DNA of 64,000 bases from positions 15,252,001-15,316,000 of the forward strand of contig CATNEN010000001.1 in the NCBI GenBank assembly GCA_950097015.1. The letters run 5' to 3'. The translations under genes were made by a program, and so were the position numbers. The notes under the pieces were generated by a model. It was not told the DNA's origin, ran no database searches, and was given only the letters and a program-made list of their open reading frames with translations. Numbering within the stretch: position 1 is the first letter of the stretch; each line of letters opens with the position of its first letter. Of the stretch, positions 24,901 through 36,754 are shown piece after piece. Origin of the DNA: Macrostomum hystrix (taxonomy: Eukaryota > Animalia > Platyhelminthes).

Positions 24901-24987
24901 TACCAGTCGCTATAGCTGTCACCCCTAAAGTCAGTAGTCGCGAGTGCTTGTAAGTCAAAAAAATAATTGTCTATTATAGTAGTAGTT

Positions 24988-25094
24988 CTATTTAGATGGA
25001 ATGAGGCTCGCTAACTCATGCTCATCTGTCGCCAATCTCTTTGGGGTCGGTGACTCAATTGATTCCAAAACCATGAAGGCCCGTTGCCACCGCC

Positions 25095-25144
<50 letters not shown>

Positions 25145-28100
25145 ATTCCAACTTGTCTCAGTTCAAGGCTTCCATTGATTCCAGTGAATGAGCCGCTACA
25201 GTACTCCCCTGTACAGGTTTTTTAAGCAATTTTAGTCATAGAATTTTTTCTCGTCTGAAGATAAAAAGAGAAGAACCACCTGTTAGACTGTTAGACAGAA
25301 GACCCAACTGTTAATCTGTTAGACAGAAGACCCACCTGTTAGACTGTTAGACAGAAGACCCACTTGTTAGACTGTTAGACAGAAGACCCACTTGTTAGAC
25401 TGTTAGACAGAAGACCCACCTGTTAGACTGTTAGACAGAAGACCCACCTGTTAGACTGTTAGACAGAAGACCCACCTGTTAGACTGTTAGACAGAAGACT
25501 CGCCTGTTAGACTGTTAGACAGAATTCCCATCTGTTAGACAGAAGACCCACCTGTTAGACTGTTAGACTGATAGACTGTTAGACAGAAGACCCACCTGTT
25601 AGACTGTTAGACTGATAGACTGTTAGACAGAAGACCCATCTGTTAGACAGAAGACCCACCTGTTAGACTGTTAGACTGATAGACTGTTAGACAGAAGACC
25701 CACCTGTTAGACTGTTAGACTGATAGACTGTTAGACAGAAGACCCACCTGTTAGACTGTTAGACTGTTAGACTGTTAGACAGAAGACCCACCTGTTAGAC
25801 TGTTAGAAGGTAAACTAGGATAGGATTGCATGATTTGAAACAAGAAGGATGAAGCCAATTGAGTCGCTAGATGCGGGTGTGAGTATTACTCACTGCAGTC
25901 GGCAGCGCAGAGCAGTGCCATGTAGGCCCTGCGAAACTGTCTATTGTACAAGCCGTAGATTAAACAGTTCAGAGAAGAGTTCAGATGGCACAGCAGCACA
26001 GAGAAGGCGTGCAGCATGACTGGCAGGGTGTCGTTGGAGTCAGCAAGAATCACCGTAGCGTAGGGAATCCAGCACACTGCGTAGGTGACAAAAATCACAA
26101 AGAATGTCTTCAACATTTTTGTCTCCTTCCGTTGGCGCCGCCTCTGTTCCATTGTGATCAACTCCAGCTGACGATGGTTGGTTCTGACGAAGGCGTAGAT
26201 TCTAGCGTAGGACGCTGCGATGAGCAATAGTGGCGCATAGATGCCGCAGATGGCAAAGAATATGGTGTAGCTGCGACTGGCTAGACGATCGTAGGTGCAC
26301 AATGACTGCTTCTTGTCGAAGCTGAACCCGCCCCAGCCGAAGAAGTTCGGCAATACTTCAAAATGGTGATCGTTTTTTGTCTTGGGTTACTGGCGACGAA
26401 AACACGTGTCTAACAGGTGGGATCGTGTGTCTAACAGGTGGGATCGTGTGTCTAACAGGTGGGATCGTGTGTCTAACAGGTGGATTGTATTGTGTGTCTA
26501 ACAGGTTGAATCGTATATCTAACAGGTGGGATCGTGTGTCTAACAGGTGCATTGTATTGTGTGTCTAACAGGTTGAATCGTATGTCTAACAGGTGGGATC
26601 GTGTGTCTAACAGGTTGGATCGTGTGTCTAACAGGTTGGATCGTGTGTCTAACAGGTGGATTGTATTGTGTGTCTAACAGGTTGAATCGTATATCTAACA
26701 GGTGGGATCGTGTGTCTAACAGGTGGGATCGTGTGTCTAACAGGTGGGATCGTGTGTCTAACAGGTGGATTGTATTGTGTGTCTAACAGGTTGAATCGTA
26801 TATCTAACAGGTGGGATCGTGTGTCTAACAGGTTGGATCGTGTGTCTAACAGGTGCATTGTATTGTGTGTCTAACAGGTTGAATCGTATGTCTAACAGGT
26901 GGGATCGTGTGTCTAACAGGTTGGATCGTGTGTCTAACAGGTTGGATCGTGTGTCTAACAGGTGGATTGTATTGTGTGTCTAACAGGTTGAATCGTATAT
27001 CTAACAGGTGGGATCGTGTGTCTAACAGGTTGGATCGTGTGTCTAACAGGTGGATTGTATTGTGTGTCTAACAGGTTGAATCGTATATCTAACAGGTGGG
27101 ATCGTGTGTCTAACAGGTTGGATCGTGTGTCTAACAGGTTGGATCGTGTGTCTAACAGGTGCATTGTATTGTGTGTCTAACAGGTTGAATCGTATGTCTA
27201 ACAGGTGGGATCGTGTGTCTAACAGGTGGGATCGTGTGTCTAACAGGTGCATTGTATTGTGTGTCTAACAGGTGGGATCGTGTGTCTAACAGGTGGGATC
27301 GTGTGTCTAACAGCTGGATTGTATTGTGTGTCTAACAGGTTGAATCGTATATCTAACAGGTGGGATCGTGTGTCTAACAGGTTGGATCGTGTGTCTCACA
27401 GGTTGGATCGAGTGTCTAACAGGTTGGATCGTGTGTCTAACAGGTTGGATCGAGTGTCTAACAGGTTGGATCGTGTGTCTAACAGGTTGGATCGAGTGTC
27501 TAACAGGTTGGATCGTGTGTCTAACAGGTTGGATCGTGTGTCTAACAGGTTGGATCGAGTGTCTAACAGGTTGGATCGAGTGTCTAACAGGTTGGATCGT
27601 GTGTCTAACAGGTTGGATCGAGTGTCTAACAGGTTGGATCGTGTGTCTAACAGGTTGGATCGTGTGTCTAACAGGTTGGATCGAGTGTCTAACAGGTTGG
27701 ATCGAGTGTCTAACAGGTTGGATCGTGTGTCTAACAGGTTGGATCGTGTGTCTAACAGGTTGGATCGTGTGTCTAACAGGTTGGATCGAGTGTCTAACAG
27801 GTTGGATCGTGTGTCTAACAGGTGGGATCGTGTGTCTAACAGGTTGGATCGTGTGTCTAACAGGTGGGATCGTGTATCTAACAGGTGGGATCGTGTCTCT
27901 AACAGGTGGTATTGAGTGTCTAATAGGTGAGATTTTTTGTCTTTCAGGTGGAATTTTGTGTGTAACAGCTGGGATCATGTGTCTAACAGGTTGGATCATA
28001 TGTCTAACAGTTGGTATCATGTGCATAACAGGTGGGATCGTGTGTATAACAGGTGGGATAATTTTTTCATATAACATCGAGGTTTCTGTGACTTAAAAAA

Positions 28101-31100
28101 GGTGATGTGTCTAACTTTCTAAATTTAGTACTCTTAGTGAAGCAAAGTACCATGATTATTTAACAGCTAGTGGGCTACTGTAACGTTGCGCTAGAAGACA
28201 CTGCAGAATGTCTCTCTGCACGACCTTCTGTTTCAACACTTTTAGAATAAAATGATGCTATTCGCCAAGCCAGTGTGGTTGAATGGGGTGGTGGGTGCAA
28301 TCAGAGAGTGGCTGAATGGGGTGGTGGGTGTTATCAGTGAGTGGCTGAATGGGGTGGTGGGTGCAATCAGTGAGGCTAGAGTGGCTGAATGGGGTGGTGG
28401 GTGCAATCAGTGAGGCTAGAGTGGCTGAATGGGGTGGTGGGTGTTATCAGTGAGTGGCTGAATGGGGGGTGTGGGTGCAATCAGTGAGGCTAGAGTGGCT
28501 GAATGGGGGGTGTGGGTGCAATCAGTGAGGCTAGAGTGGCTGAATGGGGTGGTGGGTGTTATCAGTGAGTGGCTGAATGGGGGGTGTGGGTGCAATCAGT
28601 GAGGCTAGAGTGGCTGAATGGGGGGTGTGGGTGCAATCAGTGAGGCTAGAGTGGCTGAATGGGGTGGTGGGCGCAGTCAGTGAGGCTAGAGTGGCTGAAT
28701 GGGGTGGTGGGTGTTATCAGTGAGTGGCTGAATGGGGTGGTGGGTGCAATCAGTGAGGCTAGAGTGGCTGAATGGGGTGGTGGGTGCAATCAGTGAGGCT
28801 AGAGTGGCTGAATGGGGTGGTGGGTGCAATCAGTGAGGCTAGAGTGACTGAATGGGGTGGTGGGTGCAGTCAGTGAGGCTAGAGTGACTGAATGGGGTGG
28901 TGGGTGCAGTCAGTGAGGCTAGAGTGACTGAATGGGGTGGTGGGTGCAGTCAGTGAGGCTAGAGTGACTGAATGGGGTGGTGGGTGTTATCAGTGAGTGG
29001 CTGAATGGGGTGGTGGGTGCAATCAGAGAGTGGCTGAATGGGGTGGTGGGTGCAATCAGAGAGTGGCCGAATGGGGTGGTGGGTGCTATCAGAGAGTAGC
29101 TGAATGGGGTGGTGGGTGCTATCAGAGAGTAGCTGAATGGTGTGTGCTCACCGAAAGCAAAGCTGAGAAGCCAGAGGCCAGCACACGCCGCATTTGTGGA
29201 TCGCTGGCTAAAGAGCTTGTCGTATTTATCGCTGCGGCAAATGAACACGTATCGATTAAAGGCCACTGAGCCGATATTGAGCAGTGAGCACAGGCAGGCA
29301 GTCAGGCAGATACAGCCAGTGACTCGGCAAAGAGAAGGCTGCTCTCTGAAGAGCAGTTCTCCGTTAAATAGGCCTGCGTGGTAATGAGTGTCGTTTTTGT
29401 TTATGATTTTAGATCCAAACAGATTAACGATAACCCCATTAGATTTCCGGAAACTAAAAGAGAAATCGTTAAAGCGACAGAGAGTGTTAAGAAAAGTAGA
29501 ATCCGGGTCTGAGGGGTGAAGTGAGAGGTAGAGTGAGAGGTAGATTGAGAGGTAGAGTGAGAGGTAAAGTGAGGGTAGAGTGAGAGGTAGAGTGAGGGTA
29601 GAGCGAGATGTAGATTGAGAGGTAGAGTGAGAGGTAGAGTGAGAGGTAGAGTGAGAGGTAGAGTGAGGGTAGAGTGAGGGTAGAGTGAGAGGTAGAGTGA
29701 GAGGTAGAGTGAGAGGTAGAGTGAAGGTAGAGTGAGAGGTAGAGTGAGGGTAGAGTGAGAGGTAGAGTGAGGGTAGAGTGAGAGGTAGAGTGAGAGGTAG
29801 AGTGAGAGGTAGAGTGAGAGGTAGAGTGAGGGTAGAGTGAGAGGTAGAGTGAGAGGTAGAGTGAGAGGTAGAGTGAGGGTAGAGTGAGAGGGAGAGTGAG
29901 GGTAGAGTGAGAGGTAGAGTGAGAGGTAGAGTGAGGGTAGAGTGAGAGGGAGAGTGAGGGTAGAGTGAGAGGTAGAGTGAGAGGTAGAGTGAGAGGTAGA
30001 GTGAGAGGTAGAGTGAGGGTAGAGTGAGAGGTAGAGTGAGAGGTAGAGTGAGAGGTAGAGTGAGAGGTAGAGTGAGGGTAGAGAGTGAGGGTAGAGTGAG
30101 AGGTAGAGTGAGAGGTAGAGTGAGGGTAGAGTGAGAGGGAGAGTGAGGGTAGAGTGAGAGGTAGAGTGAGAGGTAGAGTGAGGGGCAGAGAAATTGGAAG
30201 AGTAAGTCTGATAGTCATCCGTTTTTCAGTTTATTTCCAGTTTCCCAACTCAAAGCCTCACTATCGACTGTCTCAATCCTTAGGGTTCTACTCACCAACA
30301 ATGTTCATCGGAATGATGAAGCCAGTCACAGTGAGATCAGCGATAGCCAGATTGACAATGAACGCATTGCCGCATGTTTGCAGAGACTGCGAAATTTTAT
30401 TTAGCAATTATATTTTGTTCATTTTACTCGGTAATTACTCGTACTTGACAAGACTCATAGCTAGCGAGCTTAAAACGTACCTTGATGATGAGAACACTGG
30501 CTATTACCAACAGGTTGCCAACAGTGCCAAAGAGGGCCGATAGGAATAGACAGATGACGTAGACTGCAATTTTTGGGTACAGTTTATAACAAATAATAGC
30601 GCTGAAAAGCTGAAAATTACTGCGACATCTGCCTAACAGGTGTCCTCCTGTCTAACAGGTAATCCTTCTGTCTAACAGGTAATACTTCTGCCTAACAGGT
30701 GATCCTTCTGTCTAACAGGTAATCCTCCGTCTTACAGGTAATCCTTCTGTCTAACAGGTAATCCTTCTGTCTAACAGGTAATCCTTCTGTCTAACAGGTA
30801 ATCCTTCTGTCTAACAGGTAATCCTTCTGTCTAACAGGTAATCCTTCTGTCTAACAGGTAATCCTTCTGTCTAACAGGTGGGTCTTCTGTCTAACAGGTA
30901 ATCCTTCTGTCTAACAGGTGATCCTTCTGTCTAACAGGTGGGTCTTCTGCCTAACAGGTGATCCTCCTGTCTAACAGGTAATCCTTCTGCCTAACAGGTG
31001 ATCCTCCTGTCTAACAGGTAATCCTTCTGCCTAACAGGTGATCCTTCTGCCTAACAGGTGATCCTTCTGTCTAACAGGTGGGTCTTCTGTCTAACAGGTG

Positions 31101-32916
31101 ATCCTTCTGTCTAACAGGTGGGTCTTCTGTCTAACAGGTGGGTCTTCTGTCTAACAGGTGGGTCTTCTGTCTAACAGGTGGGTCTTTTGCCTAACAGGTA
31201 GGTATTCTGTCTAACAGGTGGGTCTTCTGTCTAACAGGTGGGTCTTCTGTCTAACAGGTAATCCTTCTGTCTAACAGGTAATCCTTCTGTATAACAGGTG
31301 GGTCTTCTGTCTAACAGGTAATCCTTCTGTCTAACAGGTAATCCTTCTGTCTAACAGGTAATCCTTCTGTCTAACAGGTAATCCTTCTGTCTAACAGGTA
31401 ATCCTTCTGTCTAACAGGTAATCCTCCTGCCTAACAGGTGATCCTTCTGTCTAACAGGTAATCCTCCGTCTTACAGGTAATCCTTCTGTCTAACAGGTAA
31501 TCCTCCGTCTTACAGGTAATCCTTCTGTCTAAAAGGTAATCCTTCTGTCTAACAGGTGAGTATTCTGTCTAACAGGTAATCCTTCTGTCTAACAGGTAAT
31601 CCTTCTGTCTAACAGGTGGGTCTTCTGTCTAACAGGTGGGTCTTCTGTCTAAGAAGTAAGTCTTCTGCCTAACAGGTGGGTCTTCTGTCTAACAGGTGGG
31701 TCTTCTGTCTAACAGGTGGGTCTTCTGTCTAACAGGTGGGTCTTCTGTCTAACAGGTGGGTCTTCTGTCTAACAGGTGGGTCTTCTGTCTAACAGGTGGG
31801 TCTTCTGTCTAACAGGTGGGTCTTCTGTCTAACAGATAATGCTTCTGTCTAACAGGTGAATGCAATATCTAACATGTTACCGTAAAAGGACGTGTTAGCA
31901 GTTATCAAAATAAAATACTAATATTCCTAACAGTAATCATATGAATTAGAGGATCTAAAAACTATCAAACCTATCGAAAAAATCAATGCTAAAATTCAAC
32001 TGGAGCAGTCACGCTCATGTCGGCAAGAAAAAAATTCCAAGAAGGCGTTTTTTAATATTTTACTTGTATATCTCACCTCACGCCTCATCTCCTAGTGGCC
32101 CAGCATCACAGAACTCTAATTAAAACAGACCCGACTCAGTTTAACCAATTTTACTATGATCAGCCAAGTTTTTATATCGAAAAATTTCTTAGCCGACTCT
32201 CATTAACGTTATCAATATGATAAACATTTCTACTGTGTCTAACAAGCTGTTCAGCATTGTCAGACTGGTGTCTAACAGGTCAAACACGTTGGTATCTATG
32301 TCTATCAAGTTGGCATCTGTGTCTAACAGGTAGGCATCTGTGTCTAACAGGTAGGCATCTGTGTCTAACAGGTAGGCATCTGTGTCTAACAGGTAGGCAT
32401 CTGTGTCTAAAAGGTAGGCAAATATGTCGAACAGGTAGGCAAATATGTCGAACAGGTAGGCATCTGTGTCTAACAGGTAGGCATCTGTGTCTAACAGGTA
32501 GGCATCTGTGTCTAACAGGTAGGCATATGTGTCTAACAGGTAGGCAAATATGTCGAACAGGTTGGCATCTGAGTCTAACAGGTTGATATGTGTCTAACAG
32601 ATTTGCCTCTGTGTCTAACAGGTAGGCATCTGTGTCTAACAGGTTTGCCTCTGTGTCTAACAGGTTGGCATCTGTGTCTAACAGGTTAGTTTCTGTGTAT
32701 AACAGGTAGGCATCTGTGTCTAACAGTTTGGCATGCACACTTTAACTCACCTGGGAAGTTTCTAACCAACCACAAACCAGCTGCAATAGCGGCCTTCTCA
32801 GTGTCAGTTGTTGATGTCAAATTGATTTCGTCACGCCTACTAGTTGAGGAAGCGGCATCTCTAGGGTCCCACTGAGGTGCTTGTCGCTCGAGTTCAGATA
32901 TGATCCCGAAATCCAT
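24988..32916 (-). CDS. Melatonin-receptor-like class A GPCR, ~414 aa; exons 32916-32751, 30563-30481, 30386-30296, 29373-29152, 26355-25894, 25208-24988
   Basis: TM1 GTVGNLLVI; TM2 NLAIADL; TM3 end SVAFNRYVFIC (NRY instead of DRY); LPNFFGWG; TM6 YAVCWIPY; TM7 NSSLNCLIYGLYNRQFRRAY (no NPxxY proline). All GT-AG junctions are phase-compatible. The last exon is less certain; the unspliced form stops at 25886. Confidence 0.85.
25278..25807. repeat. Compound 20/28-bp minisatellite (CTGTTAGACAGAAGACCCAC + CTGTTAGA) in GPCR intron 5
   Basis: Tandem array; reverse complement of the 30630-31870 unit. Confidence 0.92.
26400..28060. repeat. 21/25-bp minisatellite (TGTCTAACAGGTGGGATCGTG) in GPCR intron 4
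   Basis: Tandem array. Confidence 0.95.
28275..29142. repeat. 33/40-bp G-rich minisatellite (GAGTGGCTGAATGGGGTGGTGGGTGCAATCAGTGAGGCTA) in GPCR intron 4
   Basis: Tandem array starting ~10 nt after the donor at 29151. Confidence 0.93.
29515..30185. repeat. 12-bp purine repeat (GAGTGAGAGGTA) in GPCR intron 3
   Basis: Tandem array. Confidence 0.93.
30630..31872. repeat. 20-bp minisatellite (CTAACAGGTAATCCTTCTGT / CTAACAGGTGGGTCTTCTGT) in GPCR intron 1
   Basis: Tandem array with two interspersed variants. Confidence 0.95.
32265..32732. repeat. 21-bp minisatellite (TGTGTCTAACAGGTAGGCATC) in GPCR intron 1
   Basis: Tandem array next to the exon 1 donor. Confidence 0.9.
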
Positions 32917-33369
32917 AAAATAAACTGTCGATTTGGTTAGAGTTTGTAGAAAAAAGACTAATTTGTGAGGCCTTCGCCATGACAAAGTGTACAACCTATA
33001 TAGTCCTAGCTGCAGACTGTACTTTGTTAACATAGGCTGCTCGAGCCCAACATTATCCCAGCCAATGGAAATGCATCTAGGCGCTTAACAGTGCCTGCTG
33101 CACCTAGGCGTGAAACGTGTATTGCTCAATGGGGTGTGGTCGACAATCGGTTATCAATTTGTTTTACTCCATATAAATATACTGGCTAAAAAAATGTCGC
33201 CCGCTTTAAGAGCTATACAAATAAACATCAAAAGATGTCTGACAGACCAAGGTAAAAGGCTGCATTTCTTGCAAGCAAGGGTGACTGCTTGCAAATGCGC
33301 AGTGACGTTGTAAGGCTTGCCAGTTGGCGTCATTTATTTTACTTAGTACACTCGGTTATTTTTTGATTA

Positions 33370-34140
33370 GTGCACATTGGAATAGAGATTTCGGGGTTGC
33401 TCTAGATACTCGTAGTACATAGGGTAGACATTTTTGGGGTTGCTCTACAGAGTACACTGGGGTAGAGATTTTGGTATTGCTCTAGAGTGTACACTGGGGT
33501 AGAGATTTTGGGGTTGCTCTAGAGTGTACATTGGGGTAGAGATTTTGGTATTGCTCTCGAGTGTACATTGGGGTAGAGATTTGTGGGGTTGCTCTAGAGT
33601 ATACATTGGGGTAGAGGTTTGTGGTGTTGCTTTTAGAAAGTACATCGGGGTAGAGATTTTGGTATTGCTCTAGAGTGTACACTGGGGTAGAGATTTTGGG
33701 GTTGCTCTAGAGTGTACATTGGGGTAGAGATTTTGGTATTGCTCTCGAGTGTACATTGGGGTAGAGATTTTGGTATTGCTCTCGAGTGTACATTGGGGTA
33801 GAGATTTGTGGGGTTGCTCTCGAGTGTACATTGGGGTAGAGATTTTGGTATTGCTCTCGAGTGTACATTGGGGTAGAGATTTTGGTATTGCTCTCGAGTG
33901 TACATTGGGGTAGAGATTTTGGTATTGCTCTCGAGTGTACATTGGGGTAGAGATTTGTGGGGTTGCTCTAGAGTATACATTGGGGTAGAGGTTTGTGGTG
34001 TTGCTTTTAGAAAGTACATCGGGGTAGAGATTTTGGTATTGCTCTAGAGTGTACACTGGGGTAGAGATTTTGGGGTTGCTCTAGTGTACATGGGGTAGAG
34101 GTTTGTCGTGTTGCTTTAGAGAGTAGATTGGGGTGGGTAT
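33370..34140. repeat. 37-bp minisatellite (GAGTGTACATTGGGGTAGAGATTTTGGTATTGCTCTC)
   Basis: Tandem array. Confidence 0.92.
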
Positions 34141-34842
34141 TTTTGTGTTGGCTTAAGCGAGTCTACATTCGGAATGGAGACTTACATACATTTCCTAAAT
34201 ATAGACACACGCTCTTATAGTCAATATTTTTTGTAAGTATGCTTTGCATAAAATATGTACTATATAATCTGTTTTTCTTTATCGCGGCGGAAGTCGCAAA
34301 CGAGTTTACGGCGTGTCGGCTGTGAATTGTTCAGCAAATGGATTTCGCATTAATCCAACCCAATCTGAGCGCATGGCAGAAAAACTACAACAAAGCACTA
34401 AGTGATAGTTGCTTACTACTCGTTAATGATCGCGATGTCTATCGAATTAGGGCATTCACGCGGAAGCTTTCAGTGTATTATGTATCCAGGATATATAATT
34501 GTCGTGATACTGCTGATTTGCGAATTTGACTCAATACAAGCAATGTCTAATGAGTCCGTGAAATACATTTAATTCAGAGACAATACACACCTTTAGTTCA
34601 AATATTAAAAGTACAGACAAGAAAAAAAGCTTAAGTGAATTTTCTTTCATGAAATGTGTAAGCTCGAGTTTTTTGGTCAAGCGGTGCAAGATAGAGCTGA
34701 AGTGTTGAAAAAAGGTAAAATTTTAATCAGAATATGTTTCATCAATAGTATAGTGAATTCATAATTTTATTGACATACCTTGTAAATTAAGAAATCTACA
34801 AATAATGTATTAAGCAGGTAAGACGAAAATTGGTTTGCTCTA

Positions 34843-35585
34843 GAGCGAGTGTACATTTGGGGGTAGGGAATTGGGGTTGGTCTGGAGAGAGTGTACATTT
34901 GGGGGTAGGGAATTGGGGTTGGTCTGGAGAGAGTGTACATTTGGGGGGTAGGGAAATGAGGTTGGTCTGGAGAGAGTGTACAATTGGGGGTAGGGAAATG
35001 GGGTTGGTCTGGAGAGAGTGTACAATTGGGGGTAGGGAAATGGGGTTGGTCTGGAGAGAGTGTACATTCGGGGTAGGGAATTGGGGTTGGTCTGGAGAGA
35101 GTGTACATTTGGGGGGTAGGGAAATGAGGTTGGTCTGGAGAGAGTGTACAATTGGGCGTAGGGAAATGGGGTTGGTCTGGAGAGAGTGTACATTCGGGGT
35201 AGGGAAATGGGGTTGGTCTGGAGAGAGTGTACAATTGGGGGTAAGGAAATGGGGTTGGTCTGGAGAGAGTGTACATTCGGGGTAGGGAAATGGGGTTGGT
35301 CTGGAGAGAGTGTACATTTGGGGGTAGGGAATTGGGGTTGGTCTGGAGTGTACATTTGGGGGTAGGGAATTGGGGTTGGTCTGGAGAGAGTGTACAATTG
35401 GGGGTAGGGAAATGGGGTTGGTCTGGAGAGAGTGTACATTCGGGGTAGGGAAATGGGGTTGGTCTGGAGAGAGTGTACATTTGGGGGTAAGGAAATGGGG
35501 TTGGTCTGGAGAGAGTGTACATTTGGGGGTAGGGAAATGGGGTTGGTCTGGAGAGAGTGTACATTTGGGGGTAGGGAATTGGGGA
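34843..35585. repeat. ~42-bp G-rich minisatellite (GAGAGAGTGTACATTTGGGGGTAGGGAATTGGGGTTGGTCTG)
   Basis: Tandem array. Confidence 0.92.
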
Positions 35586-36044
35586 TAGTTAAGAAGAAAC
35601 GCCACAGTGATAGTAGAAATACGATCCGATTTTGAGAATTTTGAGATTTTGAGCAGTTGAAAATCTGACACATGTACACCTTCGACTGCTACGAGAAACC
35701 TACTTAATGAAATTTTGGAGAAAAATGCTTGGAGAAAAAATAAGTTCGGAAAAATTGCATTAGGCGTAAGCAAAGTAATTAACAAAAACCGCTAAAAAAC
35801 AAAGTAAAAAAGACTCGCAAAAGATCTGCACACACCATTAGAAGACAGAATAGTATTTCAATAAGTAAATTTTTTAAGAATCAAGAATAAAATAATCATT
35901 ATTAACAGTCACCAATCGTTCTGCGAAAAATGTTTTAAAATTTGGCTTATGATAAAAGGCCGAGACGGAATGATGAAAGCGTGAATATAGAAGGTTGGCC
36001 ATGGAAGAAAAGATTCTTGAAACAGGATTTGTCAAGACTACATT

Positions 36045-36640
36045 CTGGGGAAAGAATTGAGAGTTGGCTAGCAGAGAGTGTACATTGAGGGGAAGGAATT
36101 GAGGGTTGACTAGCAGAGAGTGTACATTGAGGGGACGGAATTGAGGGTTGGCTAGCAGAGAGTGTACATTGAGGGGAAGGAATTGAGGGTTGGCTAGCAG
36201 AGAGTGTACATTGAGGGGAAGGAATTGAGGGTTGGCTAGCAGAGAGTGTACATTGAGGGGAAGGAATTGAGGGTTGGCTAGCAGACAGTGTACATTGAGG
36301 GGAAGGAATTGAGGGTTGGCTAGCAGAGAGTGTACATTGAGGGGAAGGAATTGAGGGTTGGCTAGCAGAGAGTGTACATTGAGGGGAAGGAATTGAGGGT
36401 TGGCTAGCAGAGAGTGTACATTGAGGGGAAGGAATTGAGGGTTGGCTAGCAGAGAGTGTACATTGAGGGGAAGGAATTGAGGGTTGGCTAGCAGAGAGTG
36501 TACATTGAGGGGAAGGAATTGAGGGTTGGCTAGCAGAGAGTGTACATTGAGGGGAAGGAATTGAGGGTTGGCTAGCAGAGAGTGTACATTGAGGGGAAGG
36601 AATTGAGGGTTGGCTAGCAGAGAGTGTACATTGAGGGATG
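36045..36640. repeat. 42-bp minisatellite (AGAGAGTGTACATTGAGGGGAAGGAATTGAGGGTTGGCTAGC)
   Basis: Near-perfect tandem array just downstream of the FPGS stop. Confidence 0.95.
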
Positions 36641-36754
36641 TGTATTTAAGACTGGATTACCGGATAGTACAGAGTGCACAGAGTGCATAGACGTTAACTA
36701 AGAGTACATTGATTGTGAAGATGCAGCTAAAAAATAGTTGAATTTTTCAACAGT

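Noticed and set aside
26358-28096. Multiple overlapping repetitive ORFs
   Set aside because: Intronic minisatellite of the GPCR.
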